Shown here one piece after another: positions 44,647-53,011 of a DNA stretch of 64,000 nucleotides. A program made the translations under genes and the position numbers. The notes under the pieces are model-generated. The model was not told the DNA's origin and searched no databases. It worked only from the letters and a program-made list of their open reading frames with translations. Each line of letters begins with the position of its first letter. The first letter of the stretch is position 1. This DNA comes from a bacterium (GTDB lineage: Bacteria; Patescibacteriota; Microgenomatia; UBA1406; GWC2-37-13), in contig JAKBEU010000002.1 of assembly GCA_021833625.1 (NCBI GenBank), positions 259,332-323,331 on the forward strand. The letters are read 5' to 3'.

Positions 44647-45489
44647 ATGCACACACCAGTATTATTACAAACAGTCGTCGAAGGCTTACAGGTAGCGCCG
44701 GGAAAAAAGTATATTGATGCAACATTCGGAGAAGGCGGACACTCAAAAGCCATCGTTGCCGCAGGAGGAAAAGTCCTGGGACTTGACCGCGACGCAATGC
44801 AGATTAAAAAATTCAATGCATTAACGGAAAGCAAGTCGCTGCAGGAAAAACTGACGCTTGTTCACGGCAACTTCAAAGATATCGAAGAAATCGCAAGACA
44901 AGAAAATTTCGCTCCTGTTGATGGCATACTTTTTGACTTGGGACTTTCCTACGAGCAGATAAGTAAAGAAGGCTTAGGGCTTTCTTTCAAAAGCCTGCAA
45001 GAAGTACTTGATATGCGGCTTGATGAAAGCGCAGTGCAAAGCGCCTCAACTATTCTTCATACCTATACACAGGACGAGCTTACGACCCTTTTCATGCGCA
45101 ATGCAGAAGAAGTGCATGCGGCCGATATCGCAAAAGAGATTGTCATAAAGCGTGTCGGAATGCGCTCTTTTACGGTCGGATGGCTTGTGTCCCTCATCAA
45201 ACAGACGGTAAAAGAGCACAGCAACAGCGCCGTCACAAGAGTATTTCAGGCGCTTCGCATAGAGGTAAACAGCGAATTTGAAAATCTGACCCTTGGCTTG
45301 ACGGGAGCTTCCCATATTTTAGCGCCAAATGGACGAATTGCCGTTATCAGTTTCCATTCTCTGGAAGATCGGATGGTGAAAATGTTCATCAAAAAACACG
45401 GATTCACCCAAATAGGAAAAAAAGCCCTTTTCGGGGATCCGACATTATCTTTCGAGAGATCAGCAGTTCTGAGAATATTTTACGTATGA
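44647..45489 (+). CDS. rsmH: 16S rRNA (cytosine1402-N4)-methyltransferase RsmH
   Basis: The start is set at ATG 44647 (MHTPVLLQTVVEGL), 1 nt after the mraZ stop. Motifs: DATFGEGGHS, DLGLSYEQI, SFHSLEDRMVK. Confidence 0.9.
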   Translation: MHTPVLLQTVVEGLQVAPGKKYIDATFGEGGHSKAIVAAGGKVLGLDRDAMQIKKFNALTESKSLQEKLTLVHGNFKDIEEIARQENFAPVDGILFDLGLSYEQISKEGLGLSFKSLQEVLDMRLDESAVQSASTILHTYTQDELTTLFMRNAEEVHAADIAKEIVIKRVGMRSFTVGWLVSLIKQTVKEHSNSAVTRVFQALRIEVNSEFENLTLGLTGASHILAPNGRIAVISFHSLEDRMVKMFIKKHGFTQIGKKALFGDPTLSFERSAVLRIFYV

Positions 45490-45767
45490 AAAACATCTTT
45501 GCTGACATATTTGTTTCCTTATTCGTCGTTGTATTGGCTGCCAATATGTTCGTCATCATTTCCAGCATGAACCTCAGCAAAGACGTGCACGCATTTGATA
45601 TGCAGACAAAAACGCTTGAACAGGAGAATATGGATCTTGAAAAGCAGACGGCTGATGGCGAGTCATTTACTTTCACCAATACGTTTAAGGAAAAATGGGG
45701 TTTTACAAAAACAGCCAAATCAGTCGCTGTAGGTGAGTTACAATTCGCCTTGAATACAAGACCCTAA
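45486..45767 (+). CDS. FtsL-like small bitopic division protein
   Basis: 93 aa with one TM and then a coiled-coil-like segment (KTLEQENMDLEKQ). It occupies the canonical position between rsmH and ftsI, with an ATGA overlap. Confidence 0.5.
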   Translation: MKNIFADIFVSLFVVVLAANMFVIISSMNLSKDVHAFDMQTKTLEQENMDLEKQTADGESFTFTNTFKEKWGFTKTAKSVAVGELQFALNTRP

Positions 45768-45779
45768 TTAATAACACAC

Positions 45780-47432
45780 ATGTCAAAACTGAGATTACTT
45801 CTTTTTGGGTTTCTCTTCGTTTTTGCAGTTATTATCTGGCAGCTTTTTGAAATACAGGTCCTCAAACCCGATATCCAACAGGACTATCTTGCAACACATA
45901 AGCTCTTTCCGGAACGCGGAAAAATAGTTGACCGCAACGGTCAGCCCATTGTTATGAATCAGCTTTTGTACCGTCTGTTTTTTGAACCGAAAAAAATTGC
46001 CGACACAGAAAAGACGGTTTACAAGATATCCCGTATCCTCAACGTAGATGAAGCGTCAATATCTGCTAAAATCGATAAAACGAAAGACTGGATTTCGGTA
46101 AAGCAAAACCTGACAAAGTCCCAAAAAGACGCAATACTTGCACTTAACATGACGGGAATGGGGTTTGATGACCAGTGGAGCCGCTACTATCCCGATGCTT
46201 CAATTGCTGCACACCTCACCGGGTTTGTCGGAAAAAATGACGACGGGGATGATATTGGACGCGCCGGGGTTGAAGGGTTTTATGATAAGGAATTGGCAGG
46301 GCTCCCCGGACTTATCCGGTCTGATGTTGACCTTCAGGGACGGCCCATTATCCTCGGGACTCAGGAGCGTATTGATCCCGAAAACGGACGCGACCTGTAT
46401 CTGACTATAGACAAATCCATCCAACAAATTGTGAAGGAAAAACTGAAAGCAGGCCTTGCGCAGTATGACGCGAAAGAGGGGTGCGCCATATTTGCCGATC
46501 CCAATACAATGGCAATTCTTGCCCTCAGCTGCATACCGGATTATAATCCCCAGACCTATTATGACTTTGATAACAGTGCCTTCCGCAACTCCGCGATATC
46601 GGATGAATACGAACCGGGCTCCACCTTCAAGCCTCTCGTCATTGCAGCTGCAATTGATGCGGGAGTCGTGAAGGCGGACACCGTTTTTAATGAAGATGGG
46701 CCTGTTAAGGTAGGTGAATATTCCATTCAGACCTGGAATAATCAATATGAAGGAAAAATCACCATTACCCATGCGCTTGAAAAATCGTCAAACGTAGGAA
46801 TGGTGTTTGTCGGAAACAAATTGGGAAATGCCCGTCTGTATGACTCTATTTTCCGTTTCGGTATGGGACAAAAAACGAATATCGATTTGGAAGGAGAGTC
46901 AAACGGATCCGTCAAGGCAAAAAGCGACATGTATCCGATAGATTACGCGACCGCGACCTTCGGTCAGGGACTTGCCGTCACGCCAATTCAGATGATAACC
47001 GCATTCTCAGCGGTCATTAACGGAGGGAAACTCATGAAGCCGTATGTGGTGGATAGACTGCAGGGAGCGGAAACGCAGCAGATCCGTCCCCAGTTCGTCC
47101 GTCAGGTCATCAGCAAGAAAACGAGTGACATCATGAAACAGATGCTTCTTGCAACCATGGAAAACGGGGAAACGAAATATCTGAAACTGAAAGGCTACCA
47201 AATAGGAGGAAAAACGGGAACGGCGCAGATCCCGATAGCCGGCCACTACGATCCCACAAAAACAATTGCTTCATTTATCGGTTTCGGTTCGGTAAAGAAT
47301 CCAAAGTTTATAGGACTTGTCATAGTTAAGGAACCGAAAGCGTCGGAATGGGGTTCGGAGACCGCTGCTCCCATCTTTTTTCAAATCGCAAAAGAACTCA
47401 TAGTTTATTATAATATTTCAGCAGACGAATAA
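45780..47432 (+). CDS. ftsI: Class B penicillin-binding protein (FtsI/PBP2-type transpeptidase)
   Basis: 550 aa with an N-terminal TM and the motifs STFKP, SSN and KTGTA. Confidence 0.85.
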   Translation: MSKLRLLLFGFLFVFAVIIWQLFEIQVLKPDIQQDYLATHKLFPERGKIVDRNGQPIVMNQLLYRLFFEPKKIADTEKTVYKISRILNVDEASISAKIDKTKDWISVKQNLTKSQKDAILALNMTGMGFDDQWSRYYPDASIAAHLTGFVGKNDDGDDIGRAGVEGFYDKELAGLPGLIRSDVDLQGRPIILGTQERIDPENGRDLYLTIDKSIQQIVKEKLKAGLAQYDAKEGCAIFADPNTMAILALSCIPDYNPQTYYDFDNSAFRNSAISDEYEPGSTFKPLVIAAAIDAGVVKADTVFNEDGPVKVGEYSIQTWNNQYEGKITITHALEKSSNVGMVFVGNKLGNARLYDSIFRFGMGQKTNIDLEGESNGSVKAKSDMYPIDYATATFGQGLAVTPIQMITAFSAVINGGKLMKPYVVDRLQGAETQQIRPQFVRQVISKKTSDIMKQMLLATMENGETKYLKLKGYQIGGKTGTAQIPIAGHYDPTKTIASFIGFGSVKNPKFIGLVIVKEPKASEWGSETAAPIFFQIAKELIVYYNISADE

Positions 47433-47433
47433 T

Positions 47434-48606
47434 ATGTTCCAAACCCTAAAAAATTATTACCACTTAGTCCAGGCATTGCTTGCCAATCTTTTGTACGGGT
47501 TTCCAAGCCGCGAAATAAAGGTAATCGGTGTGACGGGAACCGACGGCAAGACAACGACAACTCATCTTATCTATCACATCCTCCTTAGTGCAGGAAAAAA
47601 AGTTTCGATGATTTCAACCGTCTACGGCAAAGTGGGCGAGACCGTCTACGATACGGGACTGCATGTTACGACCCCCGACCCGTTTATGATACAAAAAATG
47701 ATACGGAAAGCAGTCACGGAGGGAGACGAATACTTCATACTTGAAACCACCTCTCATGCCATCGATCAGAACAGGGTATGGGGAGTCCGATACGAAGTAG
47801 GGGTTCTGACGAATATCACTCACGAACATCTTGACTATCACAAAACAATCGACGCATATGCTCATGTCAAAATGAGACTGGTGGACGAAGCAGAACTCGG
47901 CGTCATCAATTGGGACGATGTTGTCTCCCGAAAGTATACGCATCGCAAAGACTCGATAAAGACATATGCCCTCAAAGAAAAGGCAGACTACAGCATTGAT
48001 TTCAGAAAAGAAATAAAAGATCTGGCCGACTTTAATGCATACAACTATCTTGCCGCATATACTGTCGCTCACGAACTGGGGATTTCAGACGGCGTGATAC
48101 GGAAGTCATTCCCGACATTCAGACTCCCTTCAGGACGTATTGATATCGTATACGACAAGGAGTTTAAGATTATTATTGATTTTGCCCATACGCCAAACGC
48201 AATTGACCGCATTTTGCAGACAGTACGAAAAATATATTTGCCAAGTGGAGGAAAGCTTATCCATATTTTCGGATCGGCAGGACTGAGAGACACGACAAAA
48301 CGGTTCGGAATGGGAGAGGCAAGTGCGCGCTATGCGGACAAAATTATACTGACTGAGGAAGATTATCGTACCGAGGACCCGCGTGAAATCTGCAGACAGA
48401 TAGGAGCGGGAATAACGGCATCAAAAAAACAGTTTGAAGTAATAACCGATAGGGCTCAGGCGATAGAGAAAGGAATCGGTCTCGCGAAAAAAGGAGACGT
48501 TGTCATCATCACGGGAAAAGGACATGAAAAAAGTCTGTGCCGCGGAAAAACGGAGTATCCGTGGAGCGACAAGGACTGTGTTTTGAAGGTATTGGCAAAA
48601 ACCTAA
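47434..48606 (+). CDS. murE: MurE-like Mur ligase lacking the N-terminal UDP-binding domain
   Basis: 390 aa. The P-loop GVTGTDGKTTTT already appears at residues 33-44. It also has ETTSHAIDQNRV, TNITHEHLDYH and FAHTPNA. The usual DNPR position reads EDYR. Confidence 0.75.
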   Translation: MFQTLKNYYHLVQALLANLLYGFPSREIKVIGVTGTDGKTTTTHLIYHILLSAGKKVSMISTVYGKVGETVYDTGLHVTTPDPFMIQKMIRKAVTEGDEYFILETTSHAIDQNRVWGVRYEVGVLTNITHEHLDYHKTIDAYAHVKMRLVDEAELGVINWDDVVSRKYTHRKDSIKTYALKEKADYSIDFRKEIKDLADFNAYNYLAAYTVAHELGISDGVIRKSFPTFRLPSGRIDIVYDKEFKIIIDFAHTPNAIDRILQTVRKIYLPSGGKLIHIFGSAGLRDTTKRFGMGEASARYADKIILTEEDYRTEDPREICRQIGAGITASKKQFEVITDRAQAIEKGIGLAKKGDVVIITGKGHEKSLCRGKTEYPWSDKDCVLKVLAKT

Positions 48607-48607
48607 T

Positions 48608-49354
48608 ATGCTCATACATCAGGAAGAATTAAATACGATTACTTCCACGCTCACCACAAGATATTCGTATATTACTGCCGGTTTTACGACGCGTGAAGCA
48701 GGGGACTGCCGTCAGATTGAGGTCATCAAGCGCCATTTGAAAGCGAACTATATTACCCCGCGAAAGATAGTCCTTCTTGAACAAATCCATTCGTCAAACG
48801 TCTCCAAGCCCGACACCACCCATCTAGGTGATATCGAACTTCTGGAAGACTCTGATGGCGTCCTGACAAAAGAGGCCGGAGCCTGTCTTGTCATCCGCGT
48901 TGCGGACTGCGTGCCTATCCTTTATTTTGATCCTGTCAGACGGGTAATAGGAGCGTCTCACAACGGCTGGCGGGGAACGGAAAAAAACCTGGTAGGAGAG
49001 ATGATACAGATAATGCAGCAGAACGGCTCAAAAAACGAGAATATTCATGTCTTGCTTGGTCCTGCAATAAACGCGTGCTGCTACGACATCGATCTTGATA
49101 GATATGCTCAGTTTATGGAGACAATGGAACGGTTCAACAAGGTTGCCTTCCGCCCCCACGGGGAGGGATTCCACATGAACCTCGTCCGCCTTAACTATGA
49201 GCTTGCCCTTGAAACGGGAATATATAAACGAAACATAGACTATTTCCCGTTCTGTACCTCATGCGACGCAAAACGGTTCTACTCCTTCAGACGCCAATAT
49301 AAGACCCATCCGCATGAATTTGGCGAGATGATGGGCTATATCATGCTTACCTGA
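48608..49354 (+). CDS. pgeF: YfiH/PgeF (DUF152) family protein, peptidoglycan-editing/laccase-domain
   Basis: 248 aa with the motifs LEQIHS, VADCVPIL, HNGWRG and CCY. Confidence 0.85.
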   Translation: MLIHQEELNTITSTLTTRYSYITAGFTTREAGDCRQIEVIKRHLKANYITPRKIVLLEQIHSSNVSKPDTTHLGDIELLEDSDGVLTKEAGACLVIRVADCVPILYFDPVRRVIGASHNGWRGTEKNLVGEMIQIMQQNGSKNENIHVLLGPAINACCYDIDLDRYAQFMETMERFNKVAFRPHGEGFHMNLVRLNYELALETGIYKRNIDYFPFCTSCDAKRFYSFRRQYKTHPHEFGEMMGYIMLT

Positions 49355-49386
49355 AGAAAATAGACCCATAATATTTCATTTTAGAC

Positions 49387-49415
49387 TTGAAAAATCCGGG
49401 CTAATATCCTATAAT
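49387..49415 (+). promoter_or_regulatory. Near-consensus promoter (TTGAAA-17-TATAAT), ending 9 nt before ATG 49425
   Basis: TTGAAA at 49387-49392 and TATAAT at 49410-49415. Confidence 0.55.
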
Positions 49416-49424
49416 ATCCCTCTT

Positions 49425-50060
49425 ATGGGAGAAATTGGAACATTTTATTGTCCGGAAGAGCTGCTTGAAATCCCTAACAGGAATTTAAGGCGTCTCATCC
49501 TAAAGGATATTGAAGCGAAAGGCAAAAGTCCTACGTTTGTCGTGGGGGAAGAGCTTGTTAGCTTTCCAGTCTCTCACATGTCAATTCAGCAGTTCCATAG
49601 CTACAGAAAAACGCTTATCAAATGGGGAATCGACCCGGTTAATCCGCCTCAAGGAATTGACGGACACGGATACTCACTCATGTTGACTGAAGTGCTCCGA
49701 CACGTACTAAGGGATAGTAGCGACCTTATCATACGACAAACTCCCGCCTCAATGGATTTTCTAGAACCCAGTGATGCGAGAAAATGGGGTCCTTCCTCCG
49801 ATATATATATTGGTCAACGGTTGGGAAAAAATATAACTCCTCTTTTGCTTGTTGATGCAGTCGTTGGAGGGAATGAGCACGATACTGTAATTCATCCCCA
49901 GCTTAAGATACCTGTTGTCAGTATGCCGGGAAACAAATTGTTCCGTAACGGAAAAGACGCCGTCTTTAGTTTTGGTATGAGTTCATCTCCTCTCGACTTC
50001 GCGCAGTCTCTTGCCCAAGCTGCAGGTCCCAAAATCCTCAAACGACTTGAGGGGAGATAA
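49425..50060 (+). CDS. Hypothetical protein (no recognisable domain)
   Basis: A 211-aa ORF with its own strong promoter and no competing ORF. I recognise no family. Confidence 0.6.
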   Translation: MGEIGTFYCPEELLEIPNRNLRRLILKDIEAKGKSPTFVVGEELVSFPVSHMSIQQFHSYRKTLIKWGIDPVNPPQGIDGHGYSLMLTEVLRHVLRDSSDLIIRQTPASMDFLEPSDARKWGPSSDIYIGQRLGKNITPLLLVDAVVGGNEHDTVIHPQLKIPVVSMPGNKLFRNGKDAVFSFGMSSSPLDFAQSLAQAAGPKILKRLEGR

Positions 50061-50115
50061 ATATGAGAAAGTAATAATGAAATTTTTTACTGTAATTAAA
50101 CCTTTTAGTCTAAGT

Positions 50116-50124
50116 TGGTATAAT
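50116..50124 (+). promoter_or_regulatory. Extended -10 promoter (TGgTATAAT), ending 6 nt before ATG 50131
   Basis: TGG at 50116-50118 and TATAAT at 50119-50124. Confidence 0.5.
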
Positions 50125-50130
50125 TAAATT

Positions 50131-51198
50131 ATGGGATTTCCACATCCAGCGCATACAAAGAGTGAAATTAATAGAGCAGGAGAAACGTTAATAGATTCTT
50201 CTGCGTCTCCCGACGAGAGGACGCACGCATTAGAGGTGTTGAGTAACTGGCGTGCTTGTCATGGTTATCCTGTGAATACCTTTCAGAAGACTTTAAGGGA
50301 TAGATTAAAAAAAATTGGAAGCAGTGCTCTTGTAGCTCAAAGGCTTAAACGTTTATCGACAATTGAAGATAAGCTAAAAAGACAAGAACATATGAAACTC
50401 TCAACAATGCAAGATATAGGGGGTTTAAGAGCAGTTGTTAAGACGCTTGAAGAAGTGCGAAAACTTGAATCTCTTTATGTTTCTTCTGGAAAACAATTTC
50501 AGCATGAATTGGTCACAAATCGTATAAAAGACTATATAAATAGTCCTAAAATGGACGGTTATCGAAGCATTCATCTCGTATATAAATACAAAAATAGACT
50601 TCATCCACAATACGATGGGTTTTCTATAGAGCTTCAAATTAGGACGAGACTGGAACACGTATGGGCTACTGCAGTTGAGACCATGAGCATAGCTCTTAAA
50701 CAAGCTCTAAAAACAGGTGGTGGAGAAAAAAAATGGCGTGATTTTTTTGCATTGGCTTCCTCAGTCTTTGCATATATAGAAAAAAGTCCACCGGTTCCAC
50801 AGCATAGCCATATGAGCGAGAAGCAGACATATAAAGCGTTGGCCTCTATTGCAAAAGAAATAAAAGCTGTGGAGACAATGGGTGGTATAAATTTTGCTTT
50901 AAGTAGGGTAGATATGAGTGAAAGAAGAAGAAATTTTTATTATCATTTAATAGTGCTAAACTTTGGGAAAAGAGAAGTTAATATTCAATCTTTTCCAAAG
51001 ATTGCTTTGAGCCAAGCAAACAAAGCGTACACAAATGCAGAACTAGAAGCTTCTCAAAACGGTGATACTGATGCCGTTCTTGTTTCGGCAGGTAATTTTA
51101 ATATTTTAAAAAGGGCGTATCCCAATTACTTTCTTGATATGCGAGAGTTTGTAGATACAATAACAAACATCATAGAAAGTAGTAAGTCTATGTATTAA
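50131..51198 (+). CDS. Stand-alone RelA/SpoT-fold (RSH synthetase-domain) nucleotide pyrophosphokinase
   Basis: 355 aa. The synthetase motifs are QRLKRLSTIEDKLKR, DIGGLRAVV, DGYRSIHLVY and IELQIRTRLEHVWATAVE. There are no HD hydrolase, TGS or ACT regions. An unassigned C-terminal region of about 150 aa follows. Confidence 0.8.
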   Translation: MGFPHPAHTKSEINRAGETLIDSSASPDERTHALEVLSNWRACHGYPVNTFQKTLRDRLKKIGSSALVAQRLKRLSTIEDKLKRQEHMKLSTMQDIGGLRAVVKTLEEVRKLESLYVSSGKQFQHELVTNRIKDYINSPKMDGYRSIHLVYKYKNRLHPQYDGFSIELQIRTRLEHVWATAVETMSIALKQALKTGGGEKKWRDFFALASSVFAYIEKSPPVPQHSHMSEKQTYKALASIAKEIKAVETMGGINFALSRVDMSERRRNFYYHLIVLNFGKREVNIQSFPKIALSQANKAYTNAELEASQNGDTDAVLVSAGNFNILKRAYPNYFLDMREFVDTITNIIESSKSMY

Positions 51199-51201
51199 AG
51201 T

Positions 51202-51744
51202 GTGAGTATGAATGTAATCAGTAAGCGAATCAGTGCTGCTATGAGACATTTGTCTGAAAAGGATTACGAAAATGCACTTATTCAAATAACCATCGCAATT
51301 GATGCAACTGCAAAAAAGAAATGGCCAGAAAAAGGAGTGGGAACAAGAATACGCAATTTTATTAAAGAATATGAGTCTTTCATCTACAAAATGGCTTCAT
51401 CTGGTCATATTATTTTAATTTCTGGGAGGATTCTTATCCAGGGAAGAGAATTGTCAACGATAATTTATGACCTTGTTCGTTGTGCACTTCAACACGGAGA
51501 TGAATTGGGAGATCGTGTCATAATATTAGGAAACGCAAACACGATTGGAGTAAAAGATGGCAAAATCATAATAAATGTTGGTCACATTTATGGTTTATTA
51601 TTGTCTGTAATTTTAGATCCAACAAATATTTTAGAGCATTGTGATTCAAATCCTTTTTTACAAGAAGGCGATACTAGAATATTAGTGAATGAAATATGGG
51701 GCAATATGAATAAGTTTCGTGAATTGAGTAGTGTCCGAATTTGA
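51202..51744 (+). CDS. Hypothetical protein, possible HEPN-like domain (R-x4-H)
   Basis: 180 aa, starting 3 nt (GTG 51202) or 9 nt (ATG 51208) after the RSH stop. The N-terminal half looks helical (DYENALIQITIAIDATAKKK) and ends in VRCALQHG (nt 51478-51495). The fold assignment is speculative. Confidence 0.55.
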   Translation: MSMNVISKRISAAMRHLSEKDYENALIQITIAIDATAKKKWPEKGVGTRIRNFIKEYESFIYKMASSGHIILISGRILIQGRELSTIIYDLVRCALQHGDELGDRVIILGNANTIGVKDGKIIINVGHIYGLLLSVILDPTNILEHCDSNPFLQEGDTRILVNEIWGNMNKFRELSSVRI

Positions 51745-51826
51745 TTCAAAAGTTTACATCCTTATGTCACGTTCTGAGCACGATTCGACTTGTTCAACAG
51801 TTTGGCGTATAATTTGGTAACTTGTT

Positions 51827-53011
51827 ATGCCAAACAGCAAACTTTCTAACGCAAAAAAAGCAAAAAATGATGAGTTTTATACACAATATCACGACATCGA
51901 GAAAGAAATCTCTGCCTATATTGAATATAACCCCGATGTGTTTCGAGGCAAAACGGTACTTTTGCCCTGTGATGACCCAGAATGGAGTAACTTTACCAAG
52001 TTTTTTGCCCAAAACTTTGAAAGATTTGGCCTGAAGAAGCTTATTAGCACAAGCTATGCTGCTGATAGCAAGAATTATAAAAGTAGTTATCAGCCAACCC
52101 TTTTCGAAAAGCGTGATCAAAAATATGACAAAAATAAAACCACCAAAAACGGAAAGATTTTTACCTTGACACGTGACAAGACGGGTGATGGAAAGGTGGA
52201 TGTAAACGATCTGGAGTGGCAGTACTTAATAGGCGATGGCGACTTCAGGAGTAGTGAGATAAAAAAATTATGTGATGAGTCAGATATCATAATTACTAAC
52301 CCACCATTTTCTTTATTCCGAGTATTTTTAGCTTGGATTGTGGAAGCAAACAAGCAATTTGTAATAATCGGAAACAAAAATTGTGTCACTTATAAAGAAG
52401 TTTTTCCGCTAATCAAAAAAAATAAAATGTGGTCAGGGCGTACTGAGTGGAGCGGTGGTTTATGGTTTGAAACAAAAAACCCAGATGATGTCGACAAAAT
52501 TATTAATGGACTGAATATGAAAAATGTGTCGTCAGTTTGGTTTACTAATATTGATCACGGTAGGCGTCACGAGCATATCCCACTAATGACGATATCAGAT
52601 AATCTGAAGTACAGCAAACACAAGGAAATTAAAGGTAAAAAAATGTATGAGAAGTATGATAATTACGATGCTATAGAAGTACCATTTACTGATGCAATCC
52701 CGAGTGACTATAGTGGCGTAATGGGTGTTCCGATTACATTTCTTGATAAATATTCACCTGAGCAATTCAATATTTTAGGGGCCACTCAAAGAGGCTGTCA
52801 CGATGAAGTTCCTGATACAAAAAAGTATGATGATTATTGGGAGGTGAAACAAAATGGACAAAAGACTGGATCATCTGGTGGAAAAACAAATGAAAATGCA
52901 AATTTAATTGGCAATGACGGAAAAAAGAATTACTTTACAAATAAAGATGGTAGAGTAATTCAATCTGCATATCAGAGAATATTTATTAAACATAAGAAAA
53001 AAACAACATGA
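51827..53011 (+). CDS. DNA methyltransferase, NPPF catalytic motif (EcoRI-methylase-like family; N6-adenine or N4-cytosine)
   Basis: 394 aa with [14 protein letters not shown] at the N-terminus, [13 protein letters not shown] and [17 protein letters not shown] at 51808-51813 lies 13 nt upstream. Confidence 0.8.
   Translation: MPNSKLSNAKKAKNDEFYTQYHDIEKEISAYIEYNPDVFRGKTVLLPCDDPEWSNFTKFFAQNFERFGLKKLISTSYAADSKNYKSSYQPTLFEKRDQKYDKNKTTKNGKIFTLTRDKTGDGKVDVNDLEWQYLIGDGDFRSSEIKKLCDESDIIITNPPFSLFRVFLAWIVEANKQFVIIGNKNCVTYKEVFPLIKKNKMWSGRTEWSGGLWFETKNPDDVDKIINGLNMKNVSSVWFTNIDHGRRHEHIPLMTISDNLKYSKHKEIKGKKMYEKYDNYDAIEVPFTDAIPSDYSGVMGVPITFLDKYSPEQFNILGATQRGCHDEVPDTKKYDDYWEVKQNGQKTGSSGGKTNENANLIGNDGKKNYFTNKDGRVIQSAYQRIFIKHKKKTT

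Noticed and set aside
51794-52120. A 108-aa minus-strand ORF, and a 70-aa plus-strand ORF (51822..52034), overlapping the methyltransferase start.
   Set aside because: They overlap the 5' part of a gene with clear methyltransferase motifs (DEFYTQY, NPPF). The hydrophobic, low-complexity translation comes from AT-rich sequence.
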